Source: Thermoproteota archaeon (GTDB lineage: Archaea > Korarchaeota > Korarchaeia > Korarchaeales > Korarchaeaceae). Taken from it: DNA of 64,000 nt. Under the pieces are notes generated by a model. That model was not told where the DNA came from, made no database searches, and was given only the letters and a program-made list of their open reading frames with translations. Every line of letters begins with the position of its first letter. The stretch's first letter is position 1. The DNA lies in contig JAOZFH010000050.1 of the NCBI GenBank assembly GCA_027491415.1, positions 1 to 64,000 on the forward strand, given 5' to 3'. The translations under genes were made by a program, and so were the position numbers. This document shows positions 18,990 through 27,667 of the stretch, in pieces.

Positions 18990-19670
18990 TCAGCGTGCTC
19001 CAAAGAGACGGACCTCCTCGACGATCCTGCCGCCGGCGTAATCGAACAGGAGCGTGGCGACGCGCCTCGCGGCTGCGAGAACCCTGGCAGGCTCGACCTT
19101 CGGCACGCCGCAGGCCACCACGAGGACCCTCCGGGTGTCCGGCCTGATCATGGTGCGTCGGCAGTCTCTGTGAGGGAAAAGGTGCAATATCCCCAGCGAG
19201 TCCGCTAAGACGGGCTCACCTCCGCTCAGGGTTCGGGTGCTGCCTCCTATGGGCGTGAACTCCTCGCCCGCCTCCGCCAGCCTCAGGTAGATGGGCGGCT
19301 CGATTCTGTCAAGGTCGTAGAGCCCTATTGGCACGAGCAACTCGAGACTCGCCACGTTTCCGACATCCACGACGTTGTTAATCCGAGGGATCCCCCTCCC
19401 CGACAAGACCCTCCTCGCAAGGGCCTCCGCCGACGGCCTCGTCTTTGTCGGGTCTATCCCAATGCGCCAGAAGAAGTCCCTGAAGGCCCTCACCACCGGG
19501 TCGTCCTTGAGGGAGTCCAGGGTCATCCTGGCCCGGAGATCGCTCTCCACCGAGGCGATGAGCCCAGCCAGCCCCGGCCAGTCCTCCCTGACCTCGACTC
19601 CACCCACGACTCCGGCCGCCACGTACGCGCCTATGGTAGATGCTCCCTCCCCTAAAACTATCGGAGGCAC
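18990..19670 (-). CDS. Stand-alone B3/4 (PheRS-beta editing-like) protein
   Basis: 'RAFRDFFWRIGIDPTKTRPSAEALARR', 'PRINNVVD', 'IGLYDLD'. Start re-set to GTG 19670 from the TATA position. Confidence 0.88.
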   Translation of the reverse strand: MPPIVLGEGASTIGAYVAAGVVGGVEVREDWPGLAGLIASVESDLRARMTLDSLKDDPVVRAFRDFFWRIGIDPTKTRPSAEALARRVLSGRGIPRINNVVDVGNVASLELLVPIGLYDLDRIEPPIYLRLAEAGEEFTPIGGSTRTLSGGEPVLADSLGILHLFPHRDCRRTMIRPDTRRVLVVACGVPKVEPARVLAAARRVATLLFDYAGGRIVEEVRLFGAR

Positions 19671-19731
19671 GGGCGGGGTTATCGGGTCGGCGATAAAATT
19701 CTGAGTCAAGGTCGGGCTTCGCTAGCACAAT

Positions 19732-21096
19732 TCAAACGAGGAGTATCTCCGTCGCAAGCGTCCTGACGACCGCCGCCTCCCTGGGACCGAGCGCTGACGG
19801 GAAGGATATCACGATCACTCTCCCACCCTCGCCCAGCGCCAGATCTGAGAGGACCCTCAGGAGGGAGTAGGCCTCTCTGACCCCGAGGTTGCTCGCCAGG
19901 TCGTTGAAAGAGTCCACGATCAGCGTGATAGGCGTGCCGGCCTCCTTCATGACCGAACTCACCAGGGCCGACAGCTGAGATGCCGACACCCCAACTTCGT
20001 ACTCTCTCCCCTCCTCGTCCAGGGCCCTGGGGTGAGAGATGGGGGTCGTCGTCAAGTAGGCCAGGACGGTTCGGCCGGCTCGCCTCAGGAGTCCGGCAAG
20101 CGGCGACCCCTTCCTCGTTAGAAGGAGGATGGTGTCCGGTGAACTCTCTAAGATGTCGCGGAGAGCTGCCAATAGCCTCCCGGTGTAGGCAGCCGGCTCG
20201 GCCTCAATGAGGATGACCCCCTCGGTCACTCCCTTGGGGAAGATGCTCACCCTCTGGAAGAGGGAGTTGAGGGACCAGTAGGTGATGGCCCTGTCGAACG
20301 TTATCCCGCTGGCCGAAACCACCGTCAGGGAGGCGGCGAGCCAGACGACCCTCGGAGACAGGAGGAAAGACAGGGATAGGAGGACGGCAGATACCAGGGA
20401 GAGGAGGATCGCCATGCAGAGGAGCTTGCCCTCCTCTCCCCTCATCAGGGTAAGTTCCCTCCGGGCGCGAACGCACCAAGTCATGGTCAGCGCGGGCCCG
20501 GGCGTCGCGCCAAGGGCCGCCCACCACCTGGGGTCTGGGGCAACCGTCAGCGTGCGGGTCAGGTGGGTCGCGACGAGGGCCATAATCGGAGCCAGGAGAG
20601 CCACACCGACCACTTGAGACCAGCCCCCCGAGGTCTCAATTTCGAACGGGGAATACTCGACGGAACTCAGCCTAGTCATGGAGATCACGCCGTCTGTGGA
20701 GATTATCAGCTCGCCAGCGGCTATCGCAAGAGCGGACGCCAGGAGGATGCCGAGGGGGAGTTTCCTAAACTCCCCCACGGAGAGCACGAGAACCCCCAGC
20801 GAGACTTCCGCGGCGCCGACAGCCATCGTGGCGCGTGCCTTCTTGAGTAGTGGTCTCTTCAGGATCCCCCAGGCGCTAGATATGGAGATGGCTGGGATCC
20901 ACCAGGCGAAGGCGTACAGGATGAGCATGAACGCCGACTCCACCGCGTGGGGGGAGTGACACACCTTCCAGCCCGTCGGCGGGTGAATGATGATTTCAAT
21001 CCCAAGGAGCAGAGGAGCGGCTTGCGCGAGGAGCCAAGCTCTCTTAAGGGGGGAAGCCTTGGCTTCCCTTTTGTACGCGTCTCTCAGCTGGTCCAC
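19732..21096 (-). CDS. Multi-TM protein with C-terminal degenerate KaiC/RecA-fold (DUF835-like) domain
   Basis: About 8-9 TM segments, then 'ILLLTR', 'LIVDSFNDL..NLG..EAYSLL' and 'LATEIL'; no intact Walker A. Start is uncertain. Confidence 0.55.
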   Translation of the reverse strand: MDQLRDAYKREAKASPLKRAWLLAQAAPLLLGIEIIIHPPTGWKVCHSPHAVESAFMLILYAFAWWIPAISISSAWGILKRPLLKKARATMAVGAAEVSLGVLVLSVGEFRKLPLGILLASALAIAAGELIISTDGVISMTRLSSVEYSPFEIETSGGWSQVVGVALLAPIMALVATHLTRTLTVAPDPRWWAALGATPGPALTMTWCVRARRELTLMRGEEGKLLCMAILLSLVSAVLLSLSFLLSPRVVWLAASLTVVSASGITFDRAITYWSLNSLFQRVSIFPKGVTEGVILIEAEPAAYTGRLLAALRDILESSPDTILLLTRKGSPLAGLLRRAGRTVLAYLTTTPISHPRALDEEGREYEVGVSASQLSALVSSVMKEAGTPITLIVDSFNDLASNLGVREAYSLLRVLSDLALGEGGRVIVISFPSALGPREAAVVRTLATEILLV

Positions 21097-21253
21097 TACT
21101 CGGGACCAGTGGGTGTTGGATTTAACGGTATCACCCGTAAGTACGGACGGAAGAATCAATTCGCGCGTAATAGAGGCTAATGAGCTGAGTCATACTTCCG
21201 TATTACGAACGGTCTGGACCCGTTAAATTGGCGAGCGAGGACTTTTAGGTAGC

Positions 21254-21478
21254 ATGGTCTCTCCAACCTCTAAGGAAGTAAGGCTCCTCTCCGAGTCTTG
21301 GGCATGGGTCAGCGAAAACTTGGAGAGGCTTAAGAGAAATTACCCTGGAGAGTACGTCGCCGTGCTCGGAGGGAGGCTGGTGGGGCATTCGAAGGATTAC
21401 CACGGTCTGTTGGCCAGACTCTGGTCGAAGGGGTTCTTTCCTGGCCCCGTGGTTATAACTCAGGTACCAGCTGAGTGA
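21254..21478 (+). CDS. DUF5678-like small protein
   Basis: 'WVSENLERLKRNYPGEYVAVLGGRLVGHSKD'. Confidence 0.7.
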   Translation: MVSPTSKEVRLLSESWAWVSENLERLKRNYPGEYVAVLGGRLVGHSKDYHGLLARLWSKGFFPGPVVITQVPAE

Positions 21479-21517
21479 GGTTGGGCCTCATCAGCCAACA
21501 ATACAAACACCTTTTCA

Positions 21518-21546
21518 ATATTCAAACATTTAAATCTGTCGAATAT
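21518..21546 (+). promoter_or_regulatory. Imperfect inverted repeat over the TATA box, putative ArsR operator
   Basis: ATATTCAAACA-TTTAAA-TCTGTCGAATAT, 21 nt upstream of the ArsR ATG. Confidence 0.5.
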
Positions 21547-21567
21547 CATACCCGGATTGGAGCGCCG

Positions 21568-21981
21568 ATGGCGAGGGCGATCCTAAAGTCAGAAAGCATA
21601 AAGAAACTGATTGGTGAGGACTGTCTTTCTGTTCTGAGGGCCCAGGACGAGATTCCAGAGAAGATAGTCATTCCCTCGAAGGAGGAGGTTTATGAGGTCT
21701 CTCGACTATTTAAGCTCATCTCTTCTGAGCCTAAGCTCGAGATACTTGCGCTCCTAAGCCAGACAAGCCTTCCAGTCTGCGCGATATCCAAGCTACTCCA
21801 GAAAGACCAGTCTCTCGTCTCTCACCATCTATCAGAACTCAGGATGGCCGGGCTGGTCCGCGAGAAGAGGTCTGGCAGGTTCAAGGTCTACTCGATAGAT
21901 AAGGAGAACATAGAGGGCATCTGTAGTCGCATGCAGAAGCTTATAGGCACCTCACAATTGACCGGGACTGGCTCAAGGTGA
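21568..21981 (+). CDS. ArsR/SmtB-family regulator
   Basis: 'LFKLISSEPKLEILALL..LPVCAIS...QSLVSHHLSELRMAGLV...GRFKVYS'. Start re-set to ATG 21568. Confidence 0.88.
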   Translation: MARAILKSESIKKLIGEDCLSVLRAQDEIPEKIVIPSKEEVYEVSRLFKLISSEPKLEILALLSQTSLPVCAISKLLQKDQSLVSHHLSELRMAGLVREKRSGRFKVYSIDKENIEGICSRMQKLIGTSQLTGTGSR

Positions 21982-21990
21982 GGAAGTGGA

Positions 21991-22887
21991 ATGGGCCTCA
22001 GAGTCTGGCTTGCTGAGCTCAGGGCGCCGTTTCTCCTCTTGACTCCCGATGTAGTCGCATTTGGGACGGCGCTTGCCTGGGTCAGGGGTTACTTCAGCCC
22101 CTTGCTCTGCGCTGTGACCGTCCTCGGCGCCCTGCTTCTACACATGGCCGTCAATGTTCTCAACGACTACTTCGACTACGTCGGAGGTGTGGACCTGCAC
22201 ACGAAGAGGACTCCTTTCTCCGGGGGAAGCGGAATCCTGACGGCGGGGCTCCTCAATCCCAAGTCAGTTTACTCCCTCGGCGTGGCGTCTCTGCTGGGCG
22301 GCCTAGCGGTGGGCGCATACCTCGCCCTGACGGTCGGTCCCTGGGTGCTGGCGCTGGGGCTCGTGGGAGCCGCAACGGCCTACCTCTACACTCCCGTCCT
22401 CACCAAGCTGGGAGTCGGAGAACTCTCCACGGGCCTTAACTTCGGCCCGCTCATGGTCTTGGGTGCCTACTACGTCCAAACTGGAAGGATGGACTTGGAG
22501 GGATTCCTCGCCGGCATCCCCCTCGGGCTCTTGATTGCAAACCTGCTGCTCCTCAACGAGTTCCCCGACGTCGAGGCCGACGCTCGGGGTGGGAGGAGGA
22601 CGCTCCCCATCTTGGTGGGAAGGCCCGCCGCGGCCAGGATATTTGCCGCCGTGCACATCCTCGCGTTCCTGAGCCTGGCGGCGTTGGTGGCCTCTGGAGT
22701 TCTCCCAGTGGGTGCCCTGCTGGGGATCGTCGGCGCCTTTCCCGCCTTCAAGGCCAGCTCTGGGGCCCTGAGACACTCGGAGGAAATTGAGGCGCTGGTG
22801 CCGTTCATGGCGGCCAATGTCCAGGCGACTCTGATCACCCCGCTGCTGGCGACCGTGGGGGTGGTGGTCCAGGGCCTCCTGGCCTGA
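21991..22887 (+). CDS. menA: UbiA-family prenyltransferase, MenA-like
   Basis: NVLNDYFDYVGGVD, TPFSGGS, NEFPDVEAD..GRRTL; multi-TM. Confidence 0.82.
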   Translation: MGLRVWLAELRAPFLLLTPDVVAFGTALAWVRGYFSPLLCAVTVLGALLLHMAVNVLNDYFDYVGGVDLHTKRTPFSGGSGILTAGLLNPKSVYSLGVASLLGGLAVGAYLALTVGPWVLALGLVGAATAYLYTPVLTKLGVGELSTGLNFGPLMVLGAYYVQTGRMDLEGFLAGIPLGLLIANLLLLNEFPDVEADARGGRRTLPILVGRPAAARIFAAVHILAFLSLAALVASGVLPVGALLGIVGAFPAFKASSGALRHSEEIEALVPFMAANVQATLITPLLATVGVVVQGLLA

Positions 22888-22953
22888 AGGCGGAAGGGAG
22901 GCCCCTCGGGTTGGGGGCCTTCACCTTATTTTCCAGACAGGGGGTCAAATTAG

Positions 22954-24924
22954 GTGATGATTAGGCCCGGCCTCAGGAGGGAGGCCGTCGGCTCCCTGGC
23001 CCTTATCGCCTACTGGAGGGGCCTGACCTCACCCGAGGAGTTCGATCAGCCGGAGGGCCTCTCGGGCATCGAGATCGACGGGCTAGATCCTCAAATCTTG
23101 GAAGAGGCCGTCAGGAGGGCACGAGGTCTCTCCAGGCACGGCGCCATGAGGTTGGCCAGGGAGATACAGGACTCCCTGGCCCCGAAGCTGGGCGGCCTCA
23201 GGAAGAGGCTGGCCGCCTACTACACCCTGAGGCCGGTGGCGAGGATGATGGCCAGGTCGGCCTGGAGGGTGATCGGCGGGTCGCCGGAGATCTCCGACCC
23301 ATTCGCCGGCGCGGGCGTGACCCTGTGGGAGGCCGTGATGGCCGGGCTGAACCCCAGTCTGGTCCTGGCATCCGAGATAGTTCCCGAGGCGGCCCTGGCC
23401 TGCTACGCCACGGTCCTGACGGCCCTGCGCGGCGACGAGGGGGTACTCGACGTGAGGGCGGGCGACAGCTTCCGCACCCTCTCCGGCGAGGAGTCAGAGG
23501 TCGACGTGATTCTCACCAACCCGCCCTTCACCAGGTGGGAGCTGCTGGAGAGGGACTACCGCTCCTTCCTGCAGTCAGAGGGGCCCGGGGCGCCTGAGGA
23601 CCTTGGGGGCCAGCCCTCCCTTCAGGCGTTCGCCCTCGCCCTCTCAGAGAGGCTGCTCAGAGATGAAGGGGTGCTCGCGAGCGTCCTCCCCGCCTCGACC
23701 TTCTACACCCTATACGGCCGCGGCGTTGTGAGAATGCTCAGGGACAGGTTCGACCACGTGGCCCTGCTCGAGGGGCCGTGGCACTCGGCCAGCGCGGGCA
23801 GCGGATTCAAAGAGGTCATCCTGCTGGCCACCCGCGGTCTCGGGCTCAGGGGGATTGAACACCTCAGACTCACAGAGGAGGCGCTCGGCGAGGTCGAGCG
23901 GCTGATAGGTAGGCGCGCGATGCCCGCAGAGAGGATCGAGGCGGAGGCGAGGGCCTTCCCCAGCTTCCTAGCGGCCGTGAGGAGGCACCCCATCAAGGAC
24001 CTCCTCCTGCCAGTCTTGCTGGAGGGCCTTTCGAGCGGGGCCCTGAGGCACGGCCCGCCCTGCAGGTCCTTGAGGGGGGTCGAGATGTACGGCCCCGACT
24101 TCTTCCTCATCCCCCACAGGTACTGGTCCCTCATGGGCTGGGGCCCCGAGGGTGCCTTCATAGTGGGCGAAAGCGGGAGAGAACTCTTCATCCCGTCTGA
24201 GTTCCTGCTACCGGCCTTCAGGAAGCCAGAGGCCCACAGGTGGATTGCGGTTACGTACCCCTCGCACTTGCTTCTGACGCTGCCGGAGGACCTCTCGTCG
24301 GCTCCGCCGGACGTGAGGGAGTACGTCAAGTGGGGAGAGGAGAGCGGCGCGGCCAGGCCAGCCATTCGATCGTTCGGACCGGCCTGGTGGGCCCACGCGA
24401 CTAGGCAGGTGGCCTCGAAGAGGCCCTTCGCCAGGCTCTTCCTCCTCGACAAGCTGGATCCCTCCAGGCGCGGCAGCCTGGCCCTCTACTCGCCTGAGCA
24501 GGTGACTGCGACCAAGAACTTCTACCCAGTGGACTGCGGGGATCCCACCTGGGAGGCGGCCCTGGCGGCCTGGTACAACTCCACCGCGTTCCTGGCCTAT
24601 CTGCTGCTGGCCGGTCGGGAGATCGGTCCGAGCTGGCTTAGGTTTTTGCTGGACGACTACAAGAGCATCCCCACGCCGAACGTTCCCTCTCTATCCCCAG
24701 GCAAGGTTGACAAGGCGGCCGAGGTCCTCCTGAGGGTCGGCTCCAGGGAGCTGCCGCCCCTGCCCGACCAGATTGGATCAGATGAGAGGTGGGAGCTGGA
24801 TAACGCCATCCTGCGAATGATCGGCCTCGAGGAGGAGGCCGCGTCCTCGCTCCTCGGCGGGCTTTACCGGCTTGTTAGGGAGGAGCTCGCGCTGAGGGTC
24901 GAGGCCTCTAGGAGCTCGGTGTGA
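22954..24924 (+). CDS. N6-adenine/N4-cytosine DNA methyltransferase (gamma class) with C-terminal TRD
   Basis: YYT, motif I DPFAGAG, motif IV NPPF, and a long C-terminal region resembling type IIG/TaqI-like specificity domains. Confidence 0.8.
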   Translation: MMIRPGLRREAVGSLALIAYWRGLTSPEEFDQPEGLSGIEIDGLDPQILEEAVRRARGLSRHGAMRLAREIQDSLAPKLGGLRKRLAAYYTLRPVARMMARSAWRVIGGSPEISDPFAGAGVTLWEAVMAGLNPSLVLASEIVPEAALACYATVLTALRGDEGVLDVRAGDSFRTLSGEESEVDVILTNPPFTRWELLERDYRSFLQSEGPGAPEDLGGQPSLQAFALALSERLLRDEGVLASVLPASTFYTLYGRGVVRMLRDRFDHVALLEGPWHSASAGSGFKEVILLATRGLGLRGIEHLRLTEEALGEVERLIGRRAMPAERIEAEARAFPSFLAAVRRHPIKDLLLPVLLEGLSSGALRHGPPCRSLRGVEMYGPDFFLIPHRYWSLMGWGPEGAFIVGESGRELFIPSEFLLPAFRKPEAHRWIAVTYPSHLLLTLPEDLSSAPPDVREYVKWGEESGAARPAIRSFGPAWWAHATRQVASKRPFARLFLLDKLDPSRRGSLALYSPEQVTATKNFYPVDCGDPTWEAALAAWYNSTAFLAYLLLAGREIGPSWLRFLLDDYKSIPTPNVPSLSPGKVDKAAEVLLRVGSRELPPLPDQIGSDERWELDNAILRMIGLEEEAASSLLGGLYRLVREELALRVEASRSSV

Positions 24925-24990
24925 GCCCTCACCCCAGGCTCAACGTCCGAAAGGCCCAGCTCAAAGAAGGGGGGAGGTGAGGGCTGAGGG

Positions 24991-26004
24991 TCAACCTCCC
25001 TCCGTGGCGAGCGCTTGAGAGGGGCCAGACCCAGACTGAGGGACCTGCCCCGGTACCCCCTTCGACCTCCGGTAGACCGCCAGGATGGCCCAGCCCACCA
25101 CCACGATCGGCGCAAGGAAGGCCGCCCCGACGATTATCAGGGTGAGGGCAAGCACCAGCGCCTTCAGGGCCGCCCTCACCAGGTCCCTGAGGCTGAAGCC
25201 TGGGAGGAGGGGCTCCTCGGGCGGCTCGGGCTCCGGGACGGAGATCGTGACGGTCACGGTCGCGTAGTCCACCTGCTCCTCCAGCATCTTCTTCTGAGCC
25301 TCGAGCCTCTCGATCCTCTCCCTCACGTAGGAGAGTCGATCCTCAACCTGCAGTATCTCGTTTACGGTCTCGGCCTTGCTCATGATCTCCAGCAGCCTCT
25401 GCTCCTCCGCCTTAGCGTTCCGCAGCCTGGCGTCGAGGTCGACAAGCTGGTCCGTGACGTCGGTCGCGCTCCTGGTCTCGCTCTTTACGGTGCCTATCTG
25501 CCTGATCTCCGCCAGGGCAGCGTCGAGGCTCTCGACCGGGACCCTCACGGTCACGGTGGCGTACTCGTCGGTCACCATGGAGTACTCCACCCAGCCCCCC
25601 TTGGAGACCGCCACCTTCTCCACGGCCGAGGCCGCCTGTCCAACCTGGCCCTCGGGGACCTCGACGCCCATTTCCACCCTTATGATCAGCGACCTCCCTG
25701 CGTAGGCCGAGGTGGGGATCTCCGCGCCTCCGGCCGACGTGACGGGATACGTCGCGGGAGGCGCCGTCGGCGCCGGGACTCCGGCCCCGCCGTAGGCGGC
25801 CTCTCCCACCCCGGGCGTGATCAGGAGGCCCGCCCCCCTAGCCGCCTTTACCCCGCTCTGGGGGACCTCCTCCAAGCCAGGGGCGGGCGGAGCCCGCCCG
25901 ACCCCCAGGAGAGTGAGACCCACGTATCCCAAGAGGAGGTAGCCAGCTAGGCCTGAGAGCAGGATGAACCCAACCACGTAGAGCGCCCTCTTGGTCATAC
26001 TCAC
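24991..26004 (-). CDS. DUF4349-domain membrane protein
   Basis: N-terminal TM, 'KGGWVE..S', 'TVRVP', 'DVTDQLVDLDARL', coiled coil, 'VDYATVTV', C-terminal TM. Confidence 0.88.
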   Translation of the reverse strand: MSMTKRALYVVGFILLSGLAGYLLLGYVGLTLLGVGRAPPAPGLEEVPQSGVKAARGAGLLITPGVGEAAYGGAGVPAPTAPPATYPVTSAGGAEIPTSAYAGRSLIIRVEMGVEVPEGQVGQAASAVEKVAVSKGGWVEYSMVTDEYATVTVRVPVESLDAALAEIRQIGTVKSETRSATDVTDQLVDLDARLRNAKAEEQRLLEIMSKAETVNEILQVEDRLSYVRERIERLEAQKKMLEEQVDYATVTVTISVPEPEPPEEPLLPGFSLRDLVRAALKALVLALTLIIVGAAFLAPIVVVGWAILAVYRRSKGVPGQVPQSGSGPSQALATEGG

Positions 26005-26048
26005 CGCCTTTGAGGTCCAAGGAGGGTAAATAAACCGTGTGCTTAAGG

Positions 26049-26064
26049 TGCGAGGTTCTTCGCA
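26049..26064. promoter_or_regulatory. Palindromic site TGCGAGGTTCTTCGCA (copy 1)
   Basis: Near-palindrome 14 nt upstream of the TTTATTTA box (26027-26034) of the DUF4349 gene; 14/16 identical to copy 2. Confidence 0.55.
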
Positions 26065-26091
26065 GTTTTGAAAAGGGGAGGGGGGTGTCCC

Positions 26092-27393
26092 TCAGATCCT
26101 CTCGGCCTTACCCGTGGCCAGCGGCCTCACGAAGTAGGCGGGAATGAAGCCCATCGATATGTACAGGGCCGAGAGGAGCACCGTCATCCTGGGCCCCAGG
26201 GCCTCTATCCCCCACCCCACGAACACGGCCGTCAGGTAGGCCGAGACGTGGAGCATCGACATGAAGTACTGGAAGAGGAACGACGGGAACTCTGGTGGGC
26301 AGAGGTCGCCGAGCACAGTCTCCCAAGTGGTGAAGTTGAAGCCCTCGAAGAAGCCCAGGGCGAAGGACAGCGGGTACATGAGCCAGACCCTCTCCGGGGT
26401 CAGGAGAGACATCCCGGCAAGGGATGCGGCGGCCCCGGCGAGGGAGAAGTAGTACGCCCTCTTGTGACCTATCCGGTCGGCCAGCATCCCGGTGATCGGT
26501 GATCCAACGGCGACCGCCAAACCGAAGGCCACGGAGGCTAGGCCTCCACCCCTGAGGCTCCTCCCGGAGAGTTCCTTGATCACTAGGGAGAACACGCCCC
26601 TGTTGGGGTCGAAGGAGTAGACGGACGCCCCGAATATTGCGAAGATCACGGCGGCCAGCAGCCTAGGGTCGGTGAACGTGAGGGCAAGGACCCTCTTGTT
26701 GATCCTCCTCTCCTCCGTGAGCGGGGGCTCCCTCACGGCGGCCATGGCGAAGGCCGGAATGGTGTAGAGGGCCATGAGAGAGATGGCGCCGTCCCACCCG
26801 AACCTTGAGACGGCCCAAGTCACGAAGAGGGCGGAGAGCGAGTATCCAATGGCCCTGCCCCCCCAGCCGAAGCCGAACCCCATACCGTGGTAGTCGGGAG
26901 GGGTGACGTCGAGGAGGAGAGCGTCGGCCGCGATGTCCAGGAGGGCGTCCCCCGAGAAGATGATCAGCGCGGCAGGGAACGCCTGCCTCCACGGATCCGC
27001 GGCCCTCGCGAGGAGGAAGAAGCAGACCATCCTCATGACGTTGCCGGCCATGAGGTACATCCTGCGCCTCCAGCCCCTCACGGAGGGGGTGAGGTCCATC
27101 ACCAGGCCTATGATGAACTTGAAGTGCCACGCTATGTACGCCGCGGCGACGAAGAAGCCGATGTCCGCCGGTCCTAAGCCGAATCTCTCCGACAGGTAGA
27201 ATGGGAGGAAGATCCCTAGGCTGCGCACGGCTCCCTCCGTCAGGTACACCAGCATGTAGGTGGTGGTGACCAACCTCGGACTCCAGTACTCACCGTAGAG
27301 CCTTTGGATTCTCTCCCGCTTGCTTGTTGCCGCCGAGCTTTGCCCCGCGAGATCCGGATTGGCGGCGCTCTGACTAGCGTCGTCGGCGGGCAT
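26092..27393 (-). CDS. MFS transporter
   Basis: About 12 TMs, 'DIAADALLLD', 'GMLADRIGHKR' motif A. Confidence 0.9.
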   Translation of the reverse strand: MPADDASQSAANPDLAGQSSAATSKRERIQRLYGEYWSPRLVTTTYMLVYLTEGAVRSLGIFLPFYLSERFGLGPADIGFFVAAAYIAWHFKFIIGLVMDLTPSVRGWRRRMYLMAGNVMRMVCFFLLARAADPWRQAFPAALIIFSGDALLDIAADALLLDVTPPDYHGMGFGFGWGGRAIGYSLSALFVTWAVSRFGWDGAISLMALYTIPAFAMAAVREPPLTEERRINKRVLALTFTDPRLLAAVIFAIFGASVYSFDPNRGVFSLVIKELSGRSLRGGGLASVAFGLAVAVGSPITGMLADRIGHKRAYYFSLAGAAASLAGMSLLTPERVWLMYPLSFALGFFEGFNFTTWETVLGDLCPPEFPSFLFQYFMSMLHVSAYLTAVFVGWGIEALGPRMTVLLSALYISMGFIPAYFVRPLATGKAERI

Positions 27394-27480
27394 AGCCCCA
27401 TCGACCCCTCAGCTGGGCCCTCGTGAAATACGTTATCAATTTTAACGAACGTATGGGGGTCGACGGGCTGGGTGCCGCGG

Positions 27481-27591
27481 ATGGGCGTGAAGGTGGTGAT
27501 CACGGCCGTGGTAATCGCGACCGCTTTCGTAACCTACTTGGTGCTCTACCTCCTTGGCAGGAGGTGGAAGAGAGAGCTGGGCCTAAGGTGA
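27481..27591 (+). CDS. 36-aa single-TM peptide (not in ORF track)
   Basis: MGVKVVITAVVIATAFVTYLVLYLLGRRWKRELGLR: clean TM plus basic tail, downstream of an AT-rich TTTTAA element (~27440). Confidence 0.55.
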   Translation: MGVKVVITAVVIATAFVTYLVLYLLGRRWKRELGLR

Positions 27592-27667
27592 GGCCGAGAT
27601 GGCGTTTCGCCTGTTTCAAGATCGTTCCCAGGCGTCCCTAAACTAGCCTCCCCTCCGACGCTCCCCG

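Noticed and set aside
21147-21206. Hairpin CGTAATA...TATTACG as an sRNA or C/D guide
   Set aside because: Short stem in a divergent promoter region, with no convincing C (RUGAUGA) and D box pair.
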